From Planctomycetota bacterium (GTDB taxonomy: Bacteria; Planctomycetota; UBA8742; JACQVU01; JANLHZ01): a stretch of 64,000 nt of DNA. Below are positions 18,250-27,440 of the stretch, in pieces. How positions within the stretch are numbered: position 1 is the stretch's first letter; every line of letters starts with the position of its first letter. The stretch spans positions 1 through 64,000 of the forward strand of contig JANLHZ010000037.1 in assembly GCA_024653775.1 (NCBI GenBank). Reading direction: 5' to 3'. The position numbers and the translations under genes are program-made. Below the pieces are notes generated by a model. The model did no database searches and had not been told where the DNA came from. It saw only the letters and a list, made by a program, of their open reading frames with translations.

Positions 18250-19752
18250 ATGTTTTCGACGCGTATCATCGGATTTGCATTCGCCTGCCTGACGCTTTCT
18301 GCAGGAGTTTCGTTCGCGCGGGTGACCGACGCCGACTTCGCGAACGCGACGCAGAAGTACCTCCAGGCAAGAAGCGTCGAGGAAAAGAAGGACATCATAG
18401 ATTCGATACTCGAAGATCCCGTGCTTCAGGGCTGGAAGGACATTCGCACCGTCAACTGGATGTACTCGCTTTTTATTCAGGAAACCGATCTTACCGTGCT
18501 CGAAATGTTTCGAGATCGGCTTGAAGATTGCGACCGCGTCGAAGGACCGCAGGACCTCGGTCCGGACCGCGTCGGCGCGCTACTTTCGGAATGCGATTCC
18601 TGGCTGCACAAAACCTTCCTCATCGGCGCGATCAAGGAATACCCGAAATGGAAGGACTACCTTTCCCCCGTCATCGCTAGGAATCGCGACGTGCGCGTGC
18701 TCATCAGCGCGGTGGAAACTCTCCTCCACCACAGACGGGACTATCTCGACCCGGGAATCAGGAACTGGTACGATGACTTCCTCTCGAACGACGATTACTG
18801 GCAGATCAGAGCCGCGACGATCGAGGCCGTTCGGGACACCTGCAACGCGATAGATATTCAAAATCACCAGGACGAATTCAGGAACTACGCGTCGCTTCTG
18901 ATCGGAAGGCTCGGCGGAGAGTCCGGAAGACTCAGCGCGGACATCGTCGACTCGCTGATCGACATTTTCCGGCTGGAAAGAACGTTGCACGATTCCGTCG
19001 AAAAGTACAGCGCGCTTTTCAATCCAACGTGGTTCTCGAACTCGGTCCTGAACCCCGGAAGAAACGGTCCCGCGCCGCCTCCACCCGCCGCGAACGTGTT
19101 CGCCGACTTCCTGGGGCTTCCGCTCGTCTCGAAACGCATCGTGCTGGTGCTAGACGTTTCGACCAGCATGAAATCCACGGTCGACGCGGCTTCGGTCGAA
19201 CCTTTCAGAAAATACATAGGCGCGAACGCGAACGTCAGGACGAGGCTCGATCTCGTGCGCGAACTGTTCCGGCTGTTCCTCGAAAAGGCGCCCGCGAACG
19301 CAAGGTTCAACGTCGTGTTCCTCCACGGCGCGCCAAGCGCGATGAGCACCAATCTCGAACGGGCGGACAACACGATCAAAACCCGCGCGATGGAATCGTT
19401 CGAAAATCAGATCGCGCTGTCGTCTGAAGCGGGCGACCTGACGAGCGTCTGGGACGCGATAACGCTTTCGATGACGTTCTCGAAACGCGGCGAGAATCCG
19501 GTGCCCGACATTCTAGATTTCACGCACTTTCGCGAGGGCGCAGACACCGTCATCCTCGTTACCGACGGCAGAAGCTCGAGCGGAAGATACGTGACAGCGA
19601 ATGAAAGACAGATCGACCTCGTTAAGGAGCTTGAGCTTTACAACAAGTTCCGGAAGATCAAATTCCACGCGGTCGCAATCCCCGGCGCGGACGGCACGAT
19701 GCTTCGCAACATTGCATCAAAAACCGGCGGAGTCGTCCTCCCCCGCGGCTGA
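18250..19752 (+). CDS. secreted von Willebrand factor A (vWA) domain protein with an N-terminal HEAT-like region
   Basis: Signal peptide MFSTRIIGFAFACLTLSAGVSFA. MIDAS-like RIVLVLDVSTSM and VILVTDGRSS motifs. Confidence 0.7.
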   Translation: MFSTRIIGFAFACLTLSAGVSFARVTDADFANATQKYLQARSVEEKKDIIDSILEDPVLQGWKDIRTVNWMYSLFIQETDLTVLEMFRDRLEDCDRVEGPQDLGPDRVGALLSECDSWLHKTFLIGAIKEYPKWKDYLSPVIARNRDVRVLISAVETLLHHRRDYLDPGIRNWYDDFLSNDDYWQIRAATIEAVRDTCNAIDIQNHQDEFRNYASLLIGRLGGESGRLSADIVDSLIDIFRLERTLHDSVEKYSALFNPTWFSNSVLNPGRNGPAPPPPAANVFADFLGLPLVSKRIVLVLDVSTSMKSTVDAASVEPFRKYIGANANVRTRLDLVRELFRLFLEKAPANARFNVVFLHGAPSAMSTNLERADNTIKTRAMESFENQIALSSEAGDLTSVWDAITLSMTFSKRGENPVPDILDFTHFREGADTVILVTDGRSSSGRYVTANERQIDLVKELELYNKFRKIKFHAVAIPGADGTMLRNIASKTGGVVLPRG

Positions 19753-19849
19753 CGGAATAACCGTTTCGGTCCAGTGATCCACGTAGCGCGAATGTTTCGC
19801 CCGAGGGCTTCGAAATCGTGCATTCATACAAGTAGATCGTCTAATTGGA

Positions 19850-20000
19850 GCGTGCCGCCCTTATCCAGCCAATTATAACATAGTACAGATGATAATATTT
19901 GATATTGATTGATTTATAAAAAATATTAATAGTGTCGCGAGTCGTAACACTATCATAAGTTTCAATAATTATTGCATAATGATTTACTTCGTGCTTTCGT
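19850..20000. other. AT-rich island (about 25% GC) flanked by imperfect direct repeats
   Basis: A roughly 150-bp stretch unlike the 65% GC background. The flanking repeats are tgatccacgtagcgcgaatg...gtctaattgg and tgatccacatagtacggatgtctaattcg. Confidence 0.6.
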
Positions 20001-20267
20001 TCGCTGATCCACATAGTACGGATGTCTAATTCGCGATTGGGAGTGCAGGCGTCCTCGTCTGCGCATATTTTCAAGCTGTAGGTGAGACGCCTACAGTCCT
20101 ACCGCGAATTCGGCCGCACGCGGTGCGACGCCGCTGGAGTACGGCTGAAAATTCTCTGCGGTACTCCGCGCTCTCCGCGGCTCCGAGCCGAAGAACTGCG
20201 AGGACGCGGGTTTTGCAATTGCCGCGAAGGCGCAGAATCGCGTCGGGCATTCGATTCGAAAACGGTT

Positions 20268-20594
20268 TCAGAAGGCGAGTTCGTCGATTTTCGCGGCAAG
20301 GATGAAATCCTTGATCGTTATCGCATTCGAGTCGTGCGTCCGAAACGCGATCATCGCCTTACCCCAGGTGAAAAACACGTCCGGATGATGGTTCTCGGAT
20401 TCCGCGATTCCGCCGACTTTGTTAACGAACTCGAGAGCCTCCGCGAAGTTTTTGAACCTGAAGGACTTCGAAACACGATCCTCCACGTCGACGGACCAGC
20501 CGTCAAGCTGCGCGAGGTACGCTTCGATTTCCTCAGGCAGGATCGCGCTGACCTTTCGCGGAAGATCCCGAACGCTTTGTTCGCTGAGCTTCAT
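20268..20594 (-). CDS. 4a-hydroxytetrahydrobiopterin dehydratase (pterin-4a-carbinolamine dehydratase)
   Basis: 108 aa with the conserved ESENHHPD motif and a PCD/DCoH fold. Confidence 0.85.
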   Translation of the reverse strand: MKLSEQSVRDLPRKVSAILPEEIEAYLAQLDGWSVDVEDRVSKSFRFKNFAEALEFVNKVGGIAESENHHPDVFFTWGKAMIAFRTHDSNAITIKDFILAAKIDELAF

Positions 20595-20600
20595 CGGCCT

Positions 20601-21209
20601 TCAAAACTCGCCTGACTGGGCTTCGTCGTCCCCTTCGCCTTCGTCTTCCTCGTCCCACGAATCGAGTTCCTTGATCGCGTCGATGAGGTCGTCATAGTGC
20701 CCGGCGCGCGGGTCCGCATTGAAATCGCGATTCAGCCACGCGATCGTGCCGTCGACGTAAACGAGGAACGTCGCCCTTGCCGCGTAGCTCATGGGCCCGC
20801 GGGTACGCTTGACGCCATACGCCGCGGCGATGCTGAGGTCGGTGTCCGCGATGAGCGGAAATTCGAGCTCAAGCTGATCGCAGAACCTTTCATGGCTGCG
20901 TTCGTCGTTCATGGAGACGCCGAAGATTTCGACACCAAGTTCGTCGAACTCTTCTTTCTTTTCCTGGAGCGTCTGCATCTCCAGGGTGCATCCCGGAGTA
21001 AAGTCCGACGGATAGAAGAACAGCACGACCGGCTGATCCTCCGCGAATTCGAGGAGATTTATGTCCTGTTTGACCTCCCGGCTCTTCTTGATTAGAACGA
21101 AGTCTGGAGCCTCGTCTCCAACGTCGACGGGTTCCTCTTCCGCAACGGCGGGAATCGCGATTCCGAAGGCGAGCAGAAGGCTGAAAAATCCGATTGCTTT
21201 GCGGTTCAT
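20601..21209 (-). CDS. secreted peroxiredoxin (AhpC/TSA, Bcp-like)
   Basis: Start at MNRKAIGFFSLLLAFGIAIPAVA with GAGGGGA 6 nt upstream. Catalytic FTPGCT motif. Confidence 0.75.
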   Translation of the reverse strand: MNRKAIGFFSLLLAFGIAIPAVAEEEPVDVGDEAPDFVLIKKSREVKQDINLLEFAEDQPVVLFFYPSDFTPGCTLEMQTLQEKKEEFDELGVEIFGVSMNDERSHERFCDQLELEFPLIADTDLSIAAAYGVKRTRGPMSYAARATFLVYVDGTIAWLNRDFNADPRAGHYDDLIDAIKELDSWDEEDEGEGDDEAQSGEF

Positions 21210-21440
21210 AGTCCCCTCACGAAAATTGTGGTCCGCCACCAGTGGCGTCAGTCGATGGAAAATCTGTCGCAGTATATATCGCCAAACACTTTGCGCGGCA
21301 ATTTCATTCCAAAATGATTGAGACGCGGTGAACGCTCGGTGAATCACGTTGATAGAAACGTCTGCAGTGATTCGTTATGTGCAGAGTAGGACGAGGACGT
21401 CTGGTTCACCGAACTGATGCAATTTTAAAGTTCAACTCGC

Positions 21441-23981
21441 TTAATCCGCCGTACCGAAGAGCGGAATCTGCCGTTCGTTCGTCCTGAAGCTGCTCCGACG
21501 GTGTTTGACGGTCGTCTTCGGCCCGGCGATCTTTGGCATGCCCGACGCGTCGATGCTCTGCTTTTCAAGCTCCGAGAGAATCTCCTTCGAACGCAGGATA
21601 ATCGAGTTCGGGATTCCCGCCATCCGCGCGACGTGGATGCCGTAGCTCTTGTCCGCGCCGCCGGGGACGATCTTGCGCAGGAATCGGATTTCGTCCTTCC
21701 ACTCTTTCACCAGGACGCTCTTATTCGTGAAGCCGTCGAACAGCGGCTCGAGTTCCGTGAGTTCGTGGTAGTGCGTCGCGAAAAGGGTGCGCGCCTTCGA
21801 GCGCTCGAGAATGTATTCGCAGATCGCCCATGCGATCGAAAGCCCGTCGAAGGTGCTCGTGCCGCGACCGACCTCGTCGAAAACAAGCAGGCTGCGATCC
21901 GTAGAGTTGTGGAGAATGTTCGCGGTTTCGCGCATCTCGACCATGAACGTCGACGCGCCCATCGTGAGGTCGTCGCCGCTTCCGATGCGTGCGAAGACGC
22001 GGTCGACCACGCCTATGCGGGCGGACTTCGCGGGGACGAAGCTGCCCATCTGCGCCATCAGTACGATCACTGCGATCTGTCGGATATACGTGCTCTTGCC
22101 CGCCATATTCGGCCCGGTGATCAGATGGAAGAACCCGTCATCCGCTGCATTAATATCTGACATGGCGCAATCGTTCGGGATGAACGGCTCGCCGGGCTGA
22201 TATTTTTCGACCATCGGGTGACGGCTCTCGACGAGGTCGATTTCGCGAGAGTCCGTGATCTCCGGACGCACGAAGCGGTAACGCTCCGCAACCTCGGCGA
22301 GCGCCGCGTAGACGTCGATCTCCGCGATGGCATTCGCGGTCTTTAAAAGCCTCGGGAGCTGACCCGTGACGGTTTCGCGGACCTGCGTGAAAAGCTCTTC
22401 CTCTAGATCGTTCGCGCGGCTTTCCGCGGTGAGGACTTTCTGCTCGTACTCGCGAAGCTCGTCGGTGACGAACCGTTCGGCGTTTTTCAGCGATTGCCTC
22501 CGGTGGTAATTCGCGGGCGCTTTATCCGCCTGCCCGCGGCTGATCTCGATGTAGTATCCGAAGACGCGGTTGTAGCCGATTTTCATATTCGGGATGCCGA
22601 GGCGCTCGATTTCCTTCTGCTGGTAGTTCGCGATCCAGGTTTTGCTGTCCTGCGCGAGCATTCGCAGTTCGTCGAGGTCGGCGTTGAATCCTTTGCGGAT
22701 GATTCCGCCCTCCTTCAGCGCCAGCGGCGGGGAATCGACGATCGCGGCGGTTAGCATGTCCTCGACGTCGGTCATCGGATCGAGGTGTTTCGAGATCGTC
22801 TGCATCCGTTCGCTCGAAAGCGCGGTGAGGACGGGCATCGAGATCCGCAGCGCCGAGAGCGACGTGCGCAGGCCCGCGAGATCCCTTGGCGACGCGCGTC
22901 CGCAGCCGATCCTCGCGGCGATTCGCTCGAGGTCCTGCACGCAGGCGAGTTCTTCGCGGATCAGTTCGCGGACCTTTCGTTCGCGGAAGAATTCGTCCAC
23001 CGCGCCGAGGCGAAGGTCGATCTTGTCTTTCACGCGCAGCGGAGCGAGCACCCAGTCCGTGAGCATTCGCGCGCCCATTGCGGTCTCGGTTTCGTTCAGG
23101 AGCGAAAGCAGGCTTCCTTCCTTGCGATTAAGCGCGAAGGTGCGCGTCAGCTCGAGGCAACTCCTGGTCGCGCGATCGAGCGCCATCTGATTATCGAAAT
23201 TCGCCTTCGTGACGCTGATTATGTGACGCATGGACGAGCGCGACGTGAGCATCAGATAAGAAAGCAGCGCACCGGCGCTTTCGATCGCGACGTCCATCCC
23301 TTCCACGCCAAAGCCGCTGAGGTCCTTCACCGCAAGCTGCTCGCAGATGCTTCCAAACGCCCGGCTGCGGTCGAACGTGTATTCGTCGACACGGGTGATC
23401 GTCTTGCCTGCGAGCGCTTCGGTCCAGCGTTCGTCCTCCGGGAACGCAAGCGCGCGCGAAGCAAGGATTTCCCGCGGGCTTACGAGTCCGACGACAGCCG
23501 GCGCGTCCTCGATTTTCGCCTCGATGATCTCGAACCTGCCCGTGCTGAGTTCCGCGTAAGCTATGCCGCAGATGCCCTTAACGAAATTCAGCGCGAGAAG
23601 GTAGCTATGTTCCGAGGCTTCGAGAAGCTCCGACTCCGTGATAGTCCCCGGCGTTATGATGCGCGTGACTTCGCGTTTCACGAGTCCCTTCGCCTGCTTC
23701 GGATCCTCGACCTGATCGCAGATGGTGACTTTGCAGCCGAGTTCGATGAGTTCGCCGACGTAGCGATCGATGCTGCGCGCGGGAACGCCGGCCATGGGGA
23801 TTTCGCCGCCGCGGGAGGTGAGCGTGATTCCGAGGAGCTTCGATGCCTCGACTGCGTCGTCATAGAAAAGCTCGTAGAAGTCGCCCATCCGGTAGAGCAG
23901 GATCGTATCTGGATGTTCCGCCTTCACGCTTTTGTAGTGCCGCATCGCGGGCGGATCGTTTTTCTCGTTCTCGCTTGCCAC
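21441..23981 (-). CDS. mutS: DNA mismatch repair protein MutS
   Basis: 846 aa with a Walker A motif (GPNMAGKSTYIRQ), ST.DEVGRGT, and full MutS domain order. Confidence 0.95.
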   Translation of the reverse strand: MASENEKNDPPAMRHYKSVKAEHPDTILLYRMGDFYELFYDDAVEASKLLGITLTSRGGEIPMAGVPARSIDRYVGELIELGCKVTICDQVEDPKQAKGLVKREVTRIITPGTITESELLEASEHSYLLALNFVKGICGIAYAELSTGRFEIIEAKIEDAPAVVGLVSPREILASRALAFPEDERWTEALAGKTITRVDEYTFDRSRAFGSICEQLAVKDLSGFGVEGMDVAIESAGALLSYLMLTSRSSMRHIISVTKANFDNQMALDRATRSCLELTRTFALNRKEGSLLSLLNETETAMGARMLTDWVLAPLRVKDKIDLRLGAVDEFFRERKVRELIREELACVQDLERIAARIGCGRASPRDLAGLRTSLSALRISMPVLTALSSERMQTISKHLDPMTDVEDMLTAAIVDSPPLALKEGGIIRKGFNADLDELRMLAQDSKTWIANYQQKEIERLGIPNMKIGYNRVFGYYIEISRGQADKAPANYHRRQSLKNAERFVTDELREYEQKVLTAESRANDLEEELFTQVRETVTGQLPRLLKTANAIAEIDVYAALAEVAERYRFVRPEITDSREIDLVESRHPMVEKYQPGEPFIPNDCAMSDINAADDGFFHLITGPNMAGKSTYIRQIAVIVLMAQMGSFVPAKSARIGVVDRVFARIGSGDDLTMGASTFMVEMRETANILHNSTDRSLLVFDEVGRGTSTFDGLSIAWAICEYILERSKARTLFATHYHELTELEPLFDGFTNKSVLVKEWKDEIRFLRKIVPGGADKSYGIHVARMAGIPNSIILRSKEILSELEKQSIDASGMPKIAGPKTTVKHRRSSFRTNERQIPLFGTAD

Positions 23982-24104
23982 TTTTCGCCCCGCAAATTTC
24001 GAATGCGTGAATTTATCACGCGGACGGGAACGATCACACGAGATTTTTTGTAGCGCAGCCGTCGCGCTGCCGGCGGGCGTAGCGCATTCTCGCTACGGAG
24101 CGGA

Positions 24105-24314
24105 TTACGGCTTCAAGACCGTCTGGATCAGATTCCCGCGTTTTTCGATCGCGGCTTCGATCGTATTCGAATTGCGCGTCCCTGGGACAGACCTTCCAAG
24201 GACGATCTCCGCGGCGTCCTCTTTCGCGAGGTGGCCTTTATTTATAAGCGCGCCGACGAAATTATAGAGAAGGAAGTTCGAACGCTTCGCGCTGATGGAC
24301 AGTTCAGTATCCAT
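24105..24314 (-). CDS. small hypothetical protein (69 aa)
   Basis: ATG preceded by a GAGGGTGA ribosome-binding site. The longer start in the ORF track lacks one. Confidence 0.4.
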   Translation of the reverse strand: MDTELSISAKRSNFLLYNFVGALINKGHLAKEDAAEIVLGRSVPGTRNSNTIEAAIEKRGNLIQTVLKP

Positions 24315-24448
24315 ATCACCCTCAAATTCTGACCAAAAAACAAAACTGACCACCTGATCGGCATTTCTGAAAGAAAAGTTGAGCTTTGCTTTAACTTTTT
24401 TGGAGCAGTGCTTAAAATCTTGCTCTTCATCAGGGCATCGGACGATGC

Positions 24449-24553
24449 AGGGGACATATACTGAGTTTTTGTAATATTTTTACGATGTCGTTAGTACTGT
24501 CTCCCAGGTCTTTCAGATTCCCAAAAACATTATAAAACTCAGTACATGTCCCC
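24449..24553. promoter_or_regulatory. 19-bp inverted repeat (GGGGACATrTACTGAGTTT) whose distal arm covers the start codon of the aminotransferase gene
   Basis: Arms at 24449-24467 and 24535-24553, with the ATG at 24546. Confidence 0.35.
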
Positions 24554-25769
24554 GGTTTATATGTCAGAGAAGAAGTATCTGAAGCTCGCGTCCAGGGTTG
24601 CCAAGGTGGCGCCGTCGCCGACGATGGCGATTTCCGCGAAGGCGAAGCAGATGAAGGAAGACGGGCTTGACGTGCTCGTTTTTGCCGCGGGGGAGCCGGA
24701 TTTCGACACGCCGGAGTTCATAAAGGAAGGCGCCCGGGACGCGCTCGCGAAGGGACTAACGAAGTACACCGCGAATCTCGGGACTCTCGCGCTGCGGAAG
24801 GAAATCGCGAAGAAATTCAAGGAAGACAACCATCTCGACTACGACGTTAAGAACATCATCGTCAGCAGCGGCGCTAAACAGAGCGTGGCGAACGCGATTT
24901 TCGTCACCATCGGGGAAGGCGACGAGGTCATCATCCCGGCGCCCTACTGGGTCAGCTATCCGGAAATGGTGAATCTTGCCGACGGCACGAACGCTATCGT
25001 TCAGACGGAGCCAGAGAACAATTTCTGTCCGACCGCGAAGGCGCTGCGGGAAGCGATCACGCCAAGGTCGAAGATGCTGATTCTGAACACGCCCGGAAAT
25101 CCCTCCGGCGGCGCGTACGAGCGAAGTCAGCTCGAGGAGATACTCGAGGTCGTTCTGGAGCACGATCTGCTGGTGCTTTCCGACGAGATATACGAAAAGG
25201 TGCTCTACGACGGACGCAAGCACACCGCGTTCGCGTCGCTTTCGAAGGAGGCGTTCGAGCGTACTATCACCGTAAACGGCGTTTCGAAATCGTTCTCGAT
25301 GACTGGCTGGCGCATCGGCTATGCCGCGGGTCCGGCGCCTATAGTGAACGCGATGGATTCGTTCCAGAGTCACTTCACAAGTAACGCGAGTTCGATCTCG
25401 CAGCACGCTACGCTAGAGGCACTTCGCGGCGATCAGAGCTTTCTTGCGGAATGGATCGCGGAGTTCGACAAGAGGCGAAAGCTGATCGTAGGTGGACTTA
25501 ATTCAATCGAAGGTATTAATATCGCGATGCCGGGAGGGGCGTTCTACGCGTTTTTCAGTATGAAGGGACTGATCGGAAAGAAGGTCGCGGGGAAGACGAT
25601 CGCGGGGAGTCTCGACTTCTGCGCGAACGCGCTCGAGGACGCGAAGGTCGCGCTCGTTCCGGGGGTCGCGTTCGGAAGCGAAGGGTACGTTCGAATGAGC
25701 TACGCATGTAGCGAGGATGAAATAAGAGAGGGAATTCGCCGGCTGAAGGCGTGGATCGAGGGGACTTGA
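24546..25769 (+). CDS. aspartate/aromatic aminotransferase (PLP-dependent, class I)
   Basis: SKSFSMTGWRIGY Lys-PLP motif and the GEPDF and NPSG motifs. Confidence 0.9.
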   Translation: MSPVYMSEKKYLKLASRVAKVAPSPTMAISAKAKQMKEDGLDVLVFAAGEPDFDTPEFIKEGARDALAKGLTKYTANLGTLALRKEIAKKFKEDNHLDYDVKNIIVSSGAKQSVANAIFVTIGEGDEVIIPAPYWVSYPEMVNLADGTNAIVQTEPENNFCPTAKALREAITPRSKMLILNTPGNPSGGAYERSQLEEILEVVLEHDLLVLSDEIYEKVLYDGRKHTAFASLSKEAFERTITVNGVSKSFSMTGWRIGYAAGPAPIVNAMDSFQSHFTSNASSISQHATLEALRGDQSFLAEWIAEFDKRRKLIVGGLNSIEGINIAMPGGAFYAFFSMKGLIGKKVAGKTIAGSLDFCANALEDAKVALVPGVAFGSEGYVRMSYACSEDEIREGIRRLKAWIEGT

Positions 25770-25773
25770 GGCA

Positions 25774-26559
25774 ATGCCCGATTTTCATTTCTGCATTCTC
25801 GGAAGCGGATCGAAAGGCAACGCATGCTACGTCGAAGCCGACGGCGAAGCGTTGCTTGTAGACTGCGGACTTTCCGCGCGTACGATAGGCGAACGGCTAT
25901 CGGAAAAGAATCTCGACGCTTCGAAGATCGGGACGGTGCTGCTTACGCATTATCACTCGGACCATATTCGCGGCGCCGACGTGTTTCTGCGCAGGACGGG
26001 GGCGAACGTCTTCGCGACCAAAGATACCCTGAAGCGTCTTCCGGAGGAGATTCAGTCGGGCGGGCGCGGGTTCGAGGTTCAGCCGGCGACGCAGTTCGAG
26101 GTCGGAAAGATGAGCGTACGCGCGATCCCGAATTCCCACGACGCGCCAGGGACGGTTTCGTACTCGATCGCGTATCTTGGACGGACGTTCACTATCATCA
26201 CGGACCTCGGTGTGGCGAACGAGCACACGCACCAGGCGATCGCGTGGTCGGACGTGCTCGTGTTCGAGAGCAATCACGATCTTACGATGCTGGAGCACGG
26301 TCCGTACCCCTGGCCTTTGATTCGCAGGATCAAAAGCGCGGGCGGGCATCTTTCGAACGAGGACAGCGCGGACGCGATCAAACGCTCGGGGTCGGAGCGG
26401 ATGAAATTGCTCGTTCTCGCGCATCTCTCGGAACAGAACAATAGTCCAGAGATCGCGCTCGACACGATGAAGAACGCGATGCGCGAGTCCTCGCGGCTTA
26501 CGAAGGCGAAGCTGATGCACGCGGAGCCTCACGATCCGTCGGACGTGATGGAGATTTGA
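25774..26559 (+). CDS. MBL-fold metallo-hydrolase
   Basis: HYHSDH motif and beta-lactamase fold hallmarks. 261 aa. Confidence 0.8.
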   Translation: MPDFHFCILGSGSKGNACYVEADGEALLVDCGLSARTIGERLSEKNLDASKIGTVLLTHYHSDHIRGADVFLRRTGANVFATKDTLKRLPEEIQSGGRGFEVQPATQFEVGKMSVRAIPNSHDAPGTVSYSIAYLGRTFTIITDLGVANEHTHQAIAWSDVLVFESNHDLTMLEHGPYPWPLIRRIKSAGGHLSNEDSADAIKRSGSERMKLLVLAHLSEQNNSPEIALDTMKNAMRESSRLTKAKLMHAEPHDPSDVMEI

Positions 26560-26586
26560 AAGTGGTAGTCGGTTGCCGGAAATAAG

Positions 26587-26765
26587 GAGGCTCAAAATAA
26601 TAAGTTATACAAAATCCCGCTCAGATTTATGTCAGATTCGTTTTGCGCGAGAGAGCGAAACTGGAAGCGTAGCCATAGCTCCGGTGAGGATTTCGCGACC
26701 GAGCGCAAAGCGAAGATGGCGTGAAGATGTGATGGGAGATGGATAAGTTATTATTTTGAACCTCC
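26587..26765. mobile_element. MITE-like element RPT-3, copy 1 (roughly 23-bp terminal inverted repeats, GGAGGCTCAAAATAATAAGTTAT)
   Basis: Terminal inverted repeats seen in sequence. The roughly 120-bp internal core is about 80% identical to 59778-59949 and to the partial copy at 27376. Confidence 0.6.
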
Positions 26766-27208
26766 TAAGTCTCGAAGTATCCGTACAGACCAGGTCGATC
26801 TCTGTAAACGAGATTCGAAGATTCGCTTTGCGCGCGCTTGACGCGCTCGGCTTCGCGTCGGGTCAGCTCAGCGTGTCGATCGTCACCGCGATGGCGATAC
26901 GCGAGGTTCACCGCGAATTCATGAACGACGACACCGTCACGGACGTTATCGCGTTCGACTATATAGAAACAGCCGAAGACGACGCGATCGACGGCGAGCT
27001 GATCGTCTGCTCGGAAGTTGCGCGCGCGGAGTCGAGCCGACGGGGGATTCCGTTTCGGCGGGAACTTTTAAGGTACGTCGTTCACGGTCTGCTCCACCTT
27101 CGCGGCTACGACGATCATACTCCTGCGGGTCGGAAGCGGATGCGCGACAAGGAACGCAGGGTGCTTAAGAAACTCGGGATGTGGGACGCGACTGAAAAAA
27201 AAGAGTAA
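26756..27208 (+). CDS. ybeY: rRNA maturation RNase YbeY
   Basis: HGLLHLRGYDDH metal-binding motif. 150 aa. TTG start inside the right terminal repeat of RPT-3. Confidence 0.8.
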   Translation: MNLLSLEVSVQTRSISVNEIRRFALRALDALGFASGQLSVSIVTAMAIREVHREFMNDDTVTDVIAFDYIETAEDDAIDGELIVCSEVARAESSRRGIPFRRELLRYVVHGLLHLRGYDDHTPAGRKRMRDKERRVLKKLGMWDATEKKE

Positions 27209-27375
27209 GGTCGGTATAAGGAGGTGGAAAACAATAATTTGTTCAAAATCGACACTGTTCACTGGAAGTTCGCAACAAAACGCCACCGAAGTCTAAAATC
27301 TTCCGCGCGGAAGCGACGGGAAAATCGAACGCATTTGCAGTTTCGGTTATCGTTCCACGAACTTCTATTGAACAG

Positions 27376-27440
27376 AGTCTCAAAATCGCGCTCAGATTTA
27401 TGTTAGGTTCGCTTTGCGCGAGGTAGTCAAACTTTGTCAG
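27376..27440. repeat. RPT-3 partial copy (left half only)
   Basis: tctcaaaatcgcgctcagatttatgttaggttcgctttgcgcgag, abutting the stop of the giant gene. Confidence 0.55.

Noticed and set aside
19841-20074. 77-aa ORF inside the AT-rich island
   Set aside because: It is low-complexity and Ile/Tyr/Asn-rich purely because of AT content. It has no ribosome-binding site and runs through a hairpin, so it is more likely non-coding.
21501-23863. Multiple ORFs of 60-420 aa antisense to or frame-shifted within mutS, and likewise within the cytochrome, kamA, fadD and giant-protein genes
   Set aside because: High GC content produces long spurious open frames. Their products are Arg/Ala/Pro-rich with no motifs, and the confidently identified genes occupy the same DNA.
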